64,000 bases of DNA from positions 352,001-416,000 of the forward strand of contig CAWEJX010000008.1 in assembly GCA_963809485.1 (NCBI GenBank). The letters are read 5' to 3'. Shown here piece by piece: positions 19,686-30,051 of this stretch (within the stretch, counting starts at the first letter, position 1; each line of letters opens with the position of its first letter). Position numbers and translations under genes: made by a program. The DNA comes from an uncultured Acidobacteriota bacterium. GTDB lineage: Bacteria; Acidobacteriota; UBA6911. The notes beneath the pieces are model-generated. The model worked only from the letters and a program-made list of their open reading frames with translations. It was not told the DNA's origin and ran no database searches.

Positions 19686-21230
19686 ATGTCTCTGGAAGAG
19701 AAGCTGGAGGAACTGCGCCGGAAGAATGCTCTCGCCATAGAGGGCGGGGGCAGCAAACGGATCGATACTCAACATGCCCAGGGAAAGCTGACGGCGAGGG
19801 AACGGATAGAATTGCTTCTCGATCCGAATACCTTTGTAGAACTGGACCGCTTTGTGCAACACCGATGCTCCGACTTCGAACTGGAGAAGTATCTTGGAGA
19901 CGGCGTCATCACGGGCTACGGGCAAATCAACGGGCGATTGGTTTACGTTTTTGCCCAGGACTTCACGATTTTCGGCGGTTCTTTATCCGAAGCCTACGCT
20001 TCGAAGATCTGCAAAATCATGGATCATGCCGCCCGCAACGGGGCTCCCGTCATCGGATTGAATGACTCGGGAGGCGCTCGCATTCAGGAGGGCGTCCAGA
20101 GCCTCGCAGGGTACGCAGACATCTTTCTCCGCAACACGCTCTGCTCGGGTGTCGTTCCCCAGATCTCAGCCATCATGGGGCCCTGCGCCGGCGGAGCCGT
20201 CTATTCTCCGGCAATTACCGACTTCATCCTGATGGTAAAAGACACGGCCTATATGTTCGTTACCGGACCCGATGTGATCAAGACGGTCACCCACGAGGAG
20301 GTCACCAAGGAGGACCTCGGCGGCGCGATGACGCACAACGAGCGCAGCGGCGTTGCGCACTTTGCGGCCGACGATGAGCAGGAGTGTCTACGGTTGATCC
20401 GGGAACTCCTCGCCTTCGTCCCCCAGAATAATATGGAGGATCCGCCGGCCATTTCTCCGAAGGATTCTCCCAGCCGCACTGACGAAACGTTAAACATCAT
20501 AGTCCCCGACATTCCGACCAAGCCGTACGATATGCGGGATGTTTTCAAGCGAGTGGTCGATTCCGGAGAGTTTTTCGAAATCCAGGAGCATTACGCAAAG
20601 AACATCGTCATCGGCTTTGCCCGGATGAACGGCCGTGCGATAGGAATCGTGGCCAACCAGCCGGCGGTTCTCGCCGGTTGTCTTGATATCAATTCTTCGG
20701 TCAAGGGAGCGCGTTTCGTCCGATTCTGTGACGCCTTCAACATCCCGATTCTGACCTTCGTCGATGTTCCGGGTTTCCTTCCGGGAACGAATCAGGAATA
20801 TGGAGGCATCATCAAGCACGGAGCAAAGCTTCTTTACGCTTACGCCGAAGCCACCGTCCCCAAGGTTACAGTGATCACCCGGAAGGCCTATGGCGGGGCC
20901 TATGACGTCATGGCGTCCAAACATATTCGTGCCGACATCAACTTCGCTTTCCCGACTGCAGAGATCGCGGTTATGGGACCCGACGGGGCCGTCAATATCA
21001 TCTTCCGCAAGGAGCTCAATAAATCCGAAGATCCGGACCGCACCAAATCCGAACTGGTGGCCGATTACAGGTCGCGGTTTGCTACACCCTATAAGGCTGC
21101 AGAACTCGGATATATCGATGAGGTCATCCTGCCTCAAGATACGCGCCCAAAGGTTATTCAGGCATTCGAGATGTTGAAGAACAAGCGCGACAGCAATCCG
21201 CCGCGCAAGCACGGCAACATTCCTCTCTAG
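19686..21230 (+). CDS. pccB: Acyl-CoA (propionyl/methylmalonyl-CoA) carboxyltransferase subunit
   Basis: [45 protein letters not shown]. Confidence 0.95.
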   Translation: MSLEEKLEELRRKNALAIEGGGSKRIDTQHAQGKLTARERIELLLDPNTFVELDRFVQHRCSDFELEKYLGDGVITGYGQINGRLVYVFAQDFTIFGGSLSEAYASKICKIMDHAARNGAPVIGLNDSGGARIQEGVQSLAGYADIFLRNTLCSGVVPQISAIMGPCAGGAVYSPAITDFILMVKDTAYMFVTGPDVIKTVTHEEVTKEDLGGAMTHNERSGVAHFAADDEQECLRLIRELLAFVPQNNMEDPPAISPKDSPSRTDETLNIIVPDIPTKPYDMRDVFKRVVDSGEFFEIQEHYAKNIVIGFARMNGRAIGIVANQPAVLAGCLDINSSVKGARFVRFCDAFNIPILTFVDVPGFLPGTNQEYGGIIKHGAKLLYAYAEATVPKVTVITRKAYGGAYDVMASKHIRADINFAFPTAEIAVMGPDGAVNIIFRKELNKSEDPDRTKSELVADYRSRFATPYKAAELGYIDEVILPQDTRPKVIQAFEMLKNKRDSNPPRKHGNIPL

Positions 21231-21234
21231 GAGG

Positions 21235-22761
21235 ATGGCAGTGTTTCAGAAAATCCTGATTGCCAACCGCGGCGAAATTGCGGTCCGTGTGCTGCGCGCC
21301 TGCAGGGAGATGGGGATTTCTTCGGTGGCGATATTCTCCGAAGCGGATCGCGCTGCGCTCCACACACGATACTCGGACGAAGCCTATTGCATTGGAGCCC
21401 CGCCCGCGCGGGAGTCCTACCTGGGAATCGATAAAATAATCGACGCTGCAAAAAAGAGCGGGGCTCAGGCGATCCATCCGGGATACGGATTCCTGGCGGA
21501 GAATCCGCTGTTCGCGGAACGCTGCGAAAAGGAAAGCATTAAGCTCATCGGCCCTTCTTCCTATGCAATCCGGACCATGGGCTCAAAAACCCTGGCGCGA
21601 AAAACCGTTCAAGCCGCGGGGGTCCCGGTGGTACCCGGGACCCTGGAGCCTGTCTCAACAGAGGATGAGGCTCTCAAAATCGCATCGGGGATCGGATTCC
21701 CTGTGTTATTAAAAGCCACTGCCGGAGGGGGAGGAAAGGGATTGCGTTTGGTGACCAATGCGGCGGGACTCCGATCATCGCTTCGAATGGCAAAATCCGA
21801 GGCGAAATCCGCCTTTGACGACGATTCGGTATATATTGAAAAGTATATCGAGGACACACGCCACATTGAGATTCAGATCCTCGGGGATCAATATGGAAAT
21901 TACATTCACCTGTGCGAACGCGAATGCTCCATTCAGCGGCGCCATCAGAAGGTGATCGAAGAAACCCCCTCCATGATCGTTACGCCGGAAATGCGCGAGG
22001 CGATGGGGAATGTAGCGATCGAGGCCGCGCGCGCTGTGCGCTACGAAGGAGCCGGAACATGCGAATTTCTGGTCGATAAAAACCGGAATTTTTTCTTTCT
22101 CGAGATGAATACGCGGCTTCAGGTGGAGCATCCGGTTACAGAAATGGTAACGGGAGTTGACATTGTAAAAGAGCAAATCCGGCTGGCGGCGGGGGAAAAG
22201 CTCACCATCAGGCAGAAGGATGTAAAGCAGACGGGACACGCTATCGAGTGCCGGATTTACGCGGAAGATCCCGACCGGAATTTTATCCCGTGCCCGGGTT
22301 TGATCACTTCCCTGCGCGTTCCCGGAGGCCCCGGCGTGCGGGACGACTCAGGAGTATATGCAGGATTTGAAATCCCCATCCATTACGACCCAATCATTTC
22401 CAAGCTGATTGCCTGGGGCAGAGATCGGAGCGAGGCAATCGCGCGCATGAAGCGAGCCCTGTCGGTCTATGTGGTTACCGGGATTAAAACCACGCTTCCC
22501 TTCCACATTCGGGTAATGAACAATCGCCATTTCATCGAGGGGGACTTCGATACAAACTTCATCGATAAGGCCTTTTTCCGTCAAGAAGCGGAGCGCAAGT
22601 TCGGAGGTGAGGAAATTGCCATCATCGCCGCGGCGATCCACGTTTACACGGATGAGCAGAAGTGCGCCGTAAACCACGCCCAGGAAGGTTCGTCCGGGCC
22701 GGTTTCCATGTGGAAGTACTCCACGCGGCCGGGTATTCACAAGATAGGACGGGCACGGTAA
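21235..22761 (+). CDS. accC: Biotin carboxylase subunit
   Basis: KILIANRGEIA, HPGYGFLAEN, GGGGKG, RECSIQRRHQK, EMNTRLQVEHPVTE. Confidence 0.95.
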   Translation: MAVFQKILIANRGEIAVRVLRACREMGISSVAIFSEADRAALHTRYSDEAYCIGAPPARESYLGIDKIIDAAKKSGAQAIHPGYGFLAENPLFAERCEKESIKLIGPSSYAIRTMGSKTLARKTVQAAGVPVVPGTLEPVSTEDEALKIASGIGFPVLLKATAGGGGKGLRLVTNAAGLRSSLRMAKSEAKSAFDDDSVYIEKYIEDTRHIEIQILGDQYGNYIHLCERECSIQRRHQKVIEETPSMIVTPEMREAMGNVAIEAARAVRYEGAGTCEFLVDKNRNFFFLEMNTRLQVEHPVTEMVTGVDIVKEQIRLAAGEKLTIRQKDVKQTGHAIECRIYAEDPDRNFIPCPGLITSLRVPGGPGVRDDSGVYAGFEIPIHYDPIISKLIAWGRDRSEAIARMKRALSVYVVTGIKTTLPFHIRVMNNRHFIEGDFDTNFIDKAFFRQEAERKFGGEEIAIIAAAIHVYTDEQKCAVNHAQEGSSGPVSMWKYSTRPGIHKIGRAR

Positions 22762-23264
22762 TGAACTACACGGCAACAATCGGCGAAAAAGAAGTGAAGG
22801 TGGCCGTGGAAGGGATCGGGGGATCAAACTATAGGGTTAGTGTTGATGGGACCAGCTACATTGTAGACGCGCTTCAGGTGGCTAGCCATTTATGGTCGAT
22901 CCTCCTCGGCAACAAATCCATTGAGGTGGACATAACGCCGCTGCCGGGAGAGGAATTCGAGATCCTGATCAATGGCGATTGCCATAAATTTTCGCTGGTG
23001 AACGAGCAGCGCAAAACGATGATCCGGTCGGGCGGCAAGGGGATTACAGCCAAAGCGATCCTCGTTTCCCCAATGCCGGGAAAGGTTGTAAAGCTTCTCG
23101 TCGGAGTTGGAGAAGAGGTGAAGGCGGATCATGGATTGATAGTTATGGAAGCCATGAAAATGGAGAATGAACTCAAATCCTCCGGTCCCGGAAAGATCAA
23201 GGGGATATTCGTAAAAGAAGGGGATGTGGTTGAAGCAGGAGCCAGGCTGCTTCTTATGGAATAA
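22761..23264 (+). CDS. Biotin carboxyl carrier protein
   Basis: SPMPGKVV...EAMKMENE biotinylation motif; start overlaps the accC stop (TAATG). Confidence 0.93.
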   Translation: MNYTATIGEKEVKVAVEGIGGSNYRVSVDGTSYIVDALQVASHLWSILLGNKSIEVDITPLPGEEFEILINGDCHKFSLVNEQRKTMIRSGGKGITAKAILVSPMPGKVVKLLVGVGEEVKADHGLIVMEAMKMENELKSSGPGKIKGIFVKEGDVVEAGARLLLME

Positions 23265-23403
23265 GGACTTTGCCGACAACCCGACCATGCCGTTGTTGGG
23301 CCCATGGAAGGGACCTTGTCACGGGACCCGGTTTAACCTCAAACCCAAAGTTGAAGCGCCGGGAGCGTCCCGCCTGCAGGAAATTGCCGAACACCACAGA
23401 TAG

Positions 23404-23595
23404 AACTTTCAAAAAAACGATGTCCGGAGGATGGATTCCTGCCTTCTGGATGAACTCGGGATTGACCCTCAGGTGATGGCGGATCAGATGGGGCACGGCG
23501 TAAACGTAAACCAACACCAATATACCCGATCGTTACTTAAGCGCAGGGCAAATGCTTTTAACGTGATCGAGAAAACTTTCAGGCGGTGTTTATAG
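23404..23595 (+). pseudogene. Tyrosine recombinase/integrase C-terminal remnant
   Basis: Frame absent from the ORF track: NFQ...RR..SCLLDELGIDPQVMADQMGHGVNVNQHQYT, with R, GH and Y of box II. An in-frame TAG precedes it. Confidence 0.75.
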
Positions 23596-23652
23596 TCTTT
23601 CAGAACACCTGGGAAAATTCGTGATCCAGTATTTGTCAAACTGAGGCTGCCT

Positions 23653-23669
23653 CACCGGCAGAGCCGGTG
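23653..23669. repeat. IS200/IS605-type hairpin
   Basis: CACCGGCAGAGCCGGTG shares the CCGGCAGAGCCGG core with three other sites in the window. Confidence 0.55.
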
Positions 23670-23798
23670 GATGTCTCATTGGATTAGGGCAACACACAAT
23701 TGGTTCATATCCGATACATTAAGCCTTGCCGCGCACCTGTAGCAGGATTATTATCGAAAATTCAGGGCGAAAAAACCAAATCGTGAGGGGAGATAGCT

Positions 23799-24275
23799 AT
23801 GGCTGATATGCCTATCATAAAGAACATAAAGCGCGAACAAACTGTATATGAATTGAAACCCTGGAAATCAATTCACGACACCATTAAAAAACCGATGGTC
23901 ACCGGTCTGGGCCCGGCGGAAATCCCGGAATCCGCTCTGGGGATGGGATTCGCTCACATCACGGAACCCGACATACTGGGTAGCCCTACGCATATTCATC
24001 CGTTCGACCAATGGATTTACCTTATCGGAGCTGAGGTTTTTTCCGATTTTGATGCGGATATTGAGTTTACCTTCGGCGAAGAGGTTCTGAAGATCAACTA
24101 TCCATGCTATATCTTTGTCCCAAAAGGTACCAAGCATTGCCCGTTGGATATTAAGCGCGTCGGGAAGCCACTGATCTTCATCGATGCCAGTATTACCCAG
24201 GAGGCGTCCGTTCGTCCGGAAAAAATCGCGAGTGTCGAGCGCCCGATTTATCAGGCGTTAAAAAATAAAAAGTAA
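23799..24275 (+). CDS. Cupin domain protein
   Basis: HIHPFDQWIYLIG and FVPKGTKHCPL; GGGAG RBS. Confidence 0.8.
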   Translation: MADMPIIKNIKREQTVYELKPWKSIHDTIKKPMVTGLGPAEIPESALGMGFAHITEPDILGSPTHIHPFDQWIYLIGAEVFSDFDADIEFTFGEEVLKINYPCYIFVPKGTKHCPLDIKRVGKPLIFIDASITQEASVRPEKIASVERPIYQALKNKK

Positions 24276-24496
24276 ATCGGTTTGGGACCACGGACCTTCT
24301 CGATACAAGCCGGATTTCGAAAGAGCTCTCATCATTGAAGGAAAAAGCTGTGCATATTGGCGTGCTCCGAGCTTGAAAAGGCACGCGGCTTTTCCCGATA
24401 GGATGAGGACTATCAAGGGTTGCGTTTGTTCTCCCTGGGGCTTGAGGCAGGGACAGTTCCATTTCCTTAGGCTTTTGCTCGCCGACCCTCGCCGGA

Positions 24497-24595
24497 CAAA
24501 TCGGCGTTTGTCAGCGCTTTTATCAGCGTTTCTCAGCCTTTCAAAATACGGAGCGGTCAAACACTTTGAGTCCCCCGGCAGAGCCGGGGTTTATC
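24497..24595 (-). mobile_element. IS200/IS605-type left-end relic with ACGCTGA repeats
   Basis: Minus strand TAAACCCCGGCTCTGCCGGGGGACTCAAAGTGTTTGACCGCTCC matches 30233..30280 and 40550..40597. Confidence 0.7.
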
Positions 24596-24610
24596 GATGT
24601 AATTAGTTTC

Positions 24611-24898
24611 TGTCGCGAAACTCGGGTTTTGTGAAAAAGCCAAATTTTTCAACCGTCAATAGGATATTTGATATTACATGGAAGCCGATAATTGGGGTCA
24701 GGCCGCGTAGCGGCCAGCTGAATTTAGCCAGGCCTTTTAAGGCCTGGATCGAAAGGCGTTAAGTTTTCCGTCGCGTAGCGACGGCTGAATCTCAGGCGTC
24801 GCTACGCGACGCGCTGCTCGCTGTACCATGGTTCCCGGCCTTGAAAGGCCGGGCTAAAATCATAGTGCCGCTACGCGGCACAAACCAGTTTCCCGACA
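24611..24898. repeat. 288-bp MITE/REP-like element, copy 2
   Basis: Near-identical to 4947..5234 in the same orientation; ends TGTCGCGAAACT and AGTTTCCCGACA. Confidence 0.9.
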
Positions 24899-24905
24899 GA
24901 AATAA

Positions 24906-25736
24906 TTAGCGGTTCATGGGAGATAATTGAGCTGCCGCTTTGGCGCATCTCTTACCATAGAGCTGCATTTTTTCTTTTGTCATCCTGAATGCGGGCCCCA
25001 CTATTGACAAAGCCCCCATTACCCGCTCTTCCGAATCAAACAATGGTGCCGAAACCGCACTGATTCCTTCCTGGAACTCTTCAGTATCGGCAGCATAGCC
25101 TTGTTCGCGGACAATCGCCAGTTCGTTTCGATAAAGCTTCACGCCTGTAATGGAGTTCTTGGTTCTAGCAGGAAGCCCCTCCCTTCTGATGATTGTGTTG
25201 ACCCGGCTTTCAGGAAGCCAGGCGAGCACGGCCTTACCATTGGATTTGTTTAGGACTGAATCCATTGTTCCAATAGGCGGAGACACACGGAGCTCGACCG
25301 GGGATTCCACCGATTCCACTATGACCATTTTGGTTCCACTCAAAACGGCCAGGTTGGCAGTTTCCCCGCTATATTCAGCCAGATCTTTTAAAAATGCTTT
25401 TGTTGAACGATTGATATGTAAATTGTTCAATGCAGCCTGGCCACACTGCACCAGCGCAAGCCCAAGAGTGTACGCCTTGGTCGTTTCATTGCGGTTTAGG
25501 AATCCGAGGTGACTCAATGTCACAAGGATTTTGTGCACACTGCTTTTATGATATCCGGTAATAGAGGCTATTTCGGCGAGGGTCATTTCTCGTGTTCTGC
25601 TTCCAATCATCAGCATGATACGAGCTGCTCTGTCTACCGCTGGGACATTGTATGCGGAAATATCATCTTCCACGGAAGGATCTTTTGAGTTCCGTTTCAT
25701 GACTTTTTCCTTTGAATCAAGGGTGAAGCTTGGCAT
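24906..25736 (-). CDS. IclR family transcriptional regulator
   Basis: VPAVDRA, HTH MTLAEIA..TGYHKSSVH, SGETANL, GKAVLA, GYA.D.EE...GISAVSAP. The start may be ATG 25700. Confidence 0.93.
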   Translation of the reverse strand: MPSFTLDSKEKVMKRNSKDPSVEDDISAYNVPAVDRAARIMLMIGSRTREMTLAEIASITGYHKSSVHKILVTLSHLGFLNRNETTKAYTLGLALVQCGQAALNNLHINRSTKAFLKDLAEYSGETANLAVLSGTKMVIVESVESPVELRVSPPIGTMDSVLNKSNGKAVLAWLPESRVNTIIRREGLPARTKNSITGVKLYRNELAIVREQGYAADTEEFQEGISAVSAPLFDSEERVMGALSIVGPAFRMTKEKMQLYGKRCAKAAAQLSPMNR

Positions 25737-25738
25737 GA

Positions 25739-26021
25739 TCAGGAATCACCAGCAGGCACGACATTGATCTCAATTCCATATTCACCAGCGCATCGGCAAT
25801 GCCCTGGGTGCTCGTCTGCGCGGGAATTAACAGCGAATAGCTGTTGGGGAAACACTGTCAGGGTGTTGTCCTCTTTCTTGAAGCCCCGTGAAACATGCAA
25901 GGGTTCCCAGGGACTATCTTCCCCATGCATATGCGTCCGTATCTAATGGAGCTTTAAAGGAAACGTGTACTACCATGATGGAGATCATCCTCATGGCAAA
26001 AATCAGCACAATCCTTCGTAT
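25739..26021 (-). pseudogene. Remnant of a third UGSC-family-like gene
   Basis: GEDSPWEPLHVSRGFKKEDNTLTVF aligns with both selenoprotein paralogs. Upstream are GGAGG, ATA and a signal-peptide-like stretch ending AYA. Confidence 0.6.
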
Positions 26022-26110
26022 TCTGCCCTCCCTCCATATCCAGGACATTGTTTATTTGATGGCAATCGCGTCAGGTCCGATGGAGTGCGCAAACTGCTTT
26101 TAACGCATCA

Positions 26111-26524
26111 CTACTTTTCTATCGGGTACCCCGCATCCTTCCAGCCCTTAATGGCTGGATCCGCCAATACCTTTACATTTTCAAGGCCCATTTGAAGCAA
26201 CTGAGACGCAACATCCGCGCTGTCCGATTCTCCCGGTCCGCAGTCGCAATAAACGATAATGGGATTGTTTTTCGGCAGACTGAACACCGCATCGACCGGG
26301 ATCTGCGCCTTCCACGGAAGAGAGACAGCTCCTTTAATGTGGCCCTCTTGATAAACATCCTTCGGCTGAACATCCACGATGGTAACCGGCTTGCCATCAT
26401 CCATCATCTTCTTCAGTTCCTGAATGCTTATTCGGGGCACATCCTGCGCCGCCGCATAGGCCGCGCCAAAAAGGAAACAAACAATCAAAACGCCGGACAA
26501 AACACACAAGTTCTTGTTCTTCAT
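26111..26524 (-). CDS. Secreted rhodanese-like domain protein
   Basis: AAGGAG RBS; signal peptide; IVDV, GHIKGA, IIVYCDCGPGE..SA, GWKDAGYP. Confidence 0.9.
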   Translation of the reverse strand: MKNKNLCVLSGVLIVCFLFGAAYAAAQDVPRISIQELKKMMDDGKPVTIVDVQPKDVYQEGHIKGAVSLPWKAQIPVDAVFSLPKNNPIIVYCDCGPGESDSADVASQLLQMGLENVKVLADPAIKGWKDAGYPIEK

Positions 26525-27040
26525 ATTCTCCTTTGCCCGGCAGCCCATGTGTGGACCGCCGTCTGCAGTGCATCCTGATTTCCTATACGATATAGCATAT
26601 TATATAGGATTCTAAAATGCCCTAACCAGGCAGTCAAGCGAATTGTTGGGCGCCATCGGCCAGTTTTGTGACTCGAGAACCGCCGTATTTGCCCTCCCGC
26701 CCGGACTAGAAAATGATGAGTTTCCCGAGCTGCCGATATGGCAGGCTGAGCCATCAGACCGCAGGGGTCGGTCAGGACCTTCCGAATGCCCACCGTCACT
26801 TCTAAGATGTTGCAGTATAGGTGCGCGGGCGCGCGCCGATGCGCCCAAAATCCCTTTCAAAAGCCATAATTTCAGGTTAGGATGCCACCGAATTCGACAA
26901 AGGGGGCAATTTATAACCCCGAAATTTACATAAGGCATACTTATCGGAAGTTTATGAGGCGGCCTGCCGCCGGGCGAATTCATAAATGGCCGGCAGCTTA
27001 TGCTATCCCCCCAAGAATACATCGAGAAAAGGGGCATGAC

Positions 27041-28366
27041 ATGGCAGCGTTCAAATCCAGGGAAGAACTCATCGCCGCTGAAAAGGGTCTTAAAGAAGCC
27101 ATCGAAAGGAAACACGGCAAAACCGCCGAGGAGCTTTGCCTGGAGCGGGAAAAAAGGATTGACGCTGCGATGCGGCTGAAAGAGCCGGACCGTGTGCCGG
27201 TGGTTTTCTGGGATGTTCCTTTGCTCGCCTGCCGCTATGCCGGGCTGCCCTATTCTGCCGCCTATTACGACGCCCCCGCCTGGAAGGCAGCCTTCAAAAC
27301 GATGCTAGCCGACCTTGAACCCGACGGCTGGGCGGTAGCCGGCCGCGAATCGGGCGCGGCGCTGGAAGCCACCGGCACCAATTTCACCCGCTGGCCAGGC
27401 GGCAATCTGCCCCCCGACGTCGGCAACCAGGTAGCCGAACAGGAATTCATGAAAGAGGACGAATACGACCATTTCCTGGCCGACCCTTCCGACTTTATCG
27501 TGCGGGTCTGGCTGCCGCGGGCCTACAGCTCGCTTCAGCCGCTGGCCAAACTGCCGCCGCTGATGGACATGGGGACGGGCGTGGCTGCGATGGGCAGGAT
27601 GTTCGCCGCGGGACAATTCGAGCAGCTTATCGGGGCGATGAAGGCTGCCGGCGCAGCGGCGGCGAAATGGGAAAGCGAGATGGGGCGCATGGATGTGGAG
27701 ATGGCCTCCCTGGGTCTTCCGGCAGCGCCGCTGTCCTTCGGCGGCGTAACCCCGCCTTTTTCGAGCTTCAGCAACAATTTCCGCACCTTCCGGGGGGTGG
27801 CGCTCGATATGTTCCGCCGCCCGGAGAAGCTCAAGGCTGCCCTGAACAAGCTACTGGAATACCGGATCGCCACTGCTGCACCCCCTGTGAAAAAGGAGGG
27901 AAAACTGGCCGTGGGCAGCGCCAGCGAACCCCACCGGGTTTCCGACGAATTTCTTTCGCTGAAACAATTCGAGGAATTCGTCTGGCCTTTCTGGAAACGG
28001 TCCATCGAGGCCACGCTTAAACTCGGGTATGATGTCAACTGGATGTTTTTCGAGGGGCGCCGCGATAAACAGCTCGAGTATTTCGCCGATTTCCCGAAAG
28101 GCAGTCTGATGATTTTGTTCGAGAGAACGGATATTTTCCGGGCCAAGGAAATCCTCGGAGACCGCGTCTGCCTGATGGGCAATGTTCCTCTTTCCCTCCT
28201 CCAGCTCGGTTCGCCTCAGGAAGTCGAGGATTACGGCAAGAACCTAATCAAGGTTTGCGGCAAGGGCGGCGGGTTTATCCTGGCCAACGGCGGCGGTATC
28301 TATGACGCCAAACCGGAGAATATGCGCGCTATGGTTGAAACCGTCCGGAAACACGGATGGTACTAA
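27041..28366 (+). CDS. Uroporphyrinogen decarboxylase/MtaA-CmuA methyltransferase family protein
   Basis: EPDRVPV, FLSLKQFEEFVWP, CLMGNVP, GGGFILANG, KPENMRAM. Confidence 0.88.
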   Translation: MAAFKSREELIAAEKGLKEAIERKHGKTAEELCLEREKRIDAAMRLKEPDRVPVVFWDVPLLACRYAGLPYSAAYYDAPAWKAAFKTMLADLEPDGWAVAGRESGAALEATGTNFTRWPGGNLPPDVGNQVAEQEFMKEDEYDHFLADPSDFIVRVWLPRAYSSLQPLAKLPPLMDMGTGVAAMGRMFAAGQFEQLIGAMKAAGAAAAKWESEMGRMDVEMASLGLPAAPLSFGGVTPPFSSFSNNFRTFRGVALDMFRRPEKLKAALNKLLEYRIATAAPPVKKEGKLAVGSASEPHRVSDEFLSLKQFEEFVWPFWKRSIEATLKLGYDVNWMFFEGRRDKQLEYFADFPKGSLMILFERTDIFRAKEILGDRVCLMGNVPLSLLQLGSPQEVEDYGKNLIKVCGKGGGFILANGGGIYDAKPENMRAMVETVRKHGWY

Positions 28367-28438
28367 TGGCGCCGGCGCTGCAACCCCGCGGTGCTTGTCG
28401 CTTGAAGCCCACTATTTTCACTGGCGGCGATCCATCGA

Positions 28439-29770
28439 CTAGAAGTTTTTGTCGTAAGCCAGGTCCCTTTTCAGTGTTCTGGCAGCCAGCAGAAAATGTA
28501 TGGCCGCCCATAGGGTTGCGACAATGACAACCATCAGAATCGCATATCTCAGCGAATCATTGCCATACCGCGGCTGCATGGAATCACTTAATGCGCCGAC
28601 GACCAGCGGCCCCACGCCCATGGAAATCAGGTTTACAAAAAAGGCATAGATCGCGGACGCCACGGCACGCCGGGCCGATCCCGCAATACCGAGCAGCATG
28701 GACATCGTCGGGCCAAGATACATGTGTCCGAGAAGAGTCGGGAGGATCAGGAAAAGCAGGGCCGGTATGGGAGCGGGCCAGAGATATACCAGGAAAACGA
28801 CAGGGACAGCGACCAGGATTCCGGCGCTGGAAATCCACATATACCAGCGTGGATCCTGAGTTTTCCGGAACATGCGATCGCCCATTGCACCTCCGAGGAA
28901 TGCGCCGCAGGCTCCGGAGATCCCGAAGACGAAGGCAAGCCAGGTTCCCGTTTCGCCGCTTGTCATTCCGTGCGAGCGCATGAAAAATGAAGGCTGCCAT
29001 ATTCCCGCTCCCCAGCCGGAAAGGCCATAGAGAGCCGCGGCGAAAATTAGATGAAGGGAGGCAGGCCTCTCCCACAAGTAGCGCAATGTAGTCAACACAG
29101 GGGGTGCCGGAGCTTGCGGCTGCAAAGTATCGTGGAATCCGCGCGGCGGTTCACGCACAGTGAGCCTGAGAAGTATCGCGACCGCGATACCCGGCAATCC
29201 AACGACCATGAAAGCCGCGCGCCAGCCGAAAAACTGATTGACCCAGCCGCCAACCAGGAATCCCGTTAGTACCCCCAGCGGCACCCCCATACCCTGCACG
29301 GCCAACGCCGTGCCTCGCCTTTCCGCAGGGTAATAATCCGCTAAAATCGAATTCGACGCCGGCGAGCTTCCGGCTTCACCGATCCCGACACCGACGCGTG
29401 CCAGAAAAAGCGATATGAATCCGGTAGCCAGGCCGCACACAGCCGTCATACCGCTCCACAGGCAGAGAGTCACGGCAATTATATTTCTTCTATTAACTCT
29501 ATCCGCAAGAGAAGCGATAGGAATTCCCACAATAGAATAGAATACCGCAAAGGCCAATCCTCCCAGCATTCCGAGCTGAGTGTCCGTAAAGCCGAACTCC
29601 AGTTTGATCGCCTCCAGCAATACGGCCATTATCTGTCGGTCCACGAAGTTGAGAACTGAAATAATCAGCAGCAGTACTACAACATACCTGCGCTCCATTT
29701 CTGTGATTCTGAAGGCGGGCAGGTTCCCTGCTCTGAGAGTTTCCCTTGCGGCTGCAGCATCCACAATCAT
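28439..29770 (-). CDS. MFS transporter, spinster family
   Basis: NFVDRQ, LADRVNRR, RVGVGIGEA, FGWR. The start may be ATG 29698. Confidence 0.9.
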   Translation of the reverse strand: MIVDAAAARETLRAGNLPAFRITEMERRYVVVLLLIISVLNFVDRQIMAVLLEAIKLEFGFTDTQLGMLGGLAFAVFYSIVGIPIASLADRVNRRNIIAVTLCLWSGMTAVCGLATGFISLFLARVGVGIGEAGSSPASNSILADYYPAERRGTALAVQGMGVPLGVLTGFLVGGWVNQFFGWRAAFMVVGLPGIAVAILLRLTVREPPRGFHDTLQPQAPAPPVLTTLRYLWERPASLHLIFAAALYGLSGWGAGIWQPSFFMRSHGMTSGETGTWLAFVFGISGACGAFLGGAMGDRMFRKTQDPRWYMWISSAGILVAVPVVFLVYLWPAPIPALLFLILPTLLGHMYLGPTMSMLLGIAGSARRAVASAIYAFFVNLISMGVGPLVVGALSDSMQPRYGNDSLRYAILMVVIVATLWAAIHFLLAARTLKRDLAYDKNF

Positions 29771-30051
29771 TCTGCCCTCCTGCGAATACGTTTCCGACCA
29801 ACATGAGATCTATACGTGGCCCGTCAACTGGAAGACAAATACATTTTTCATTGCCTGAGCGATCTTCACGAGGCAGTTCGGAGTTCGCCACACTGTGGGA
29901 CGCCGCCTTCTTTATGTCAAGTCTGAATGTGAGATTATCCGTGTAGGGCAAATGGCTCCCAATCATCTCAGCGGGTGGCGTCCTAAATGAATCTATGTTT
30001 GAAAATGCCTTAACGAATGGCGCGAAGCTTCTCGGCTCGCGTCCTGTTAAT

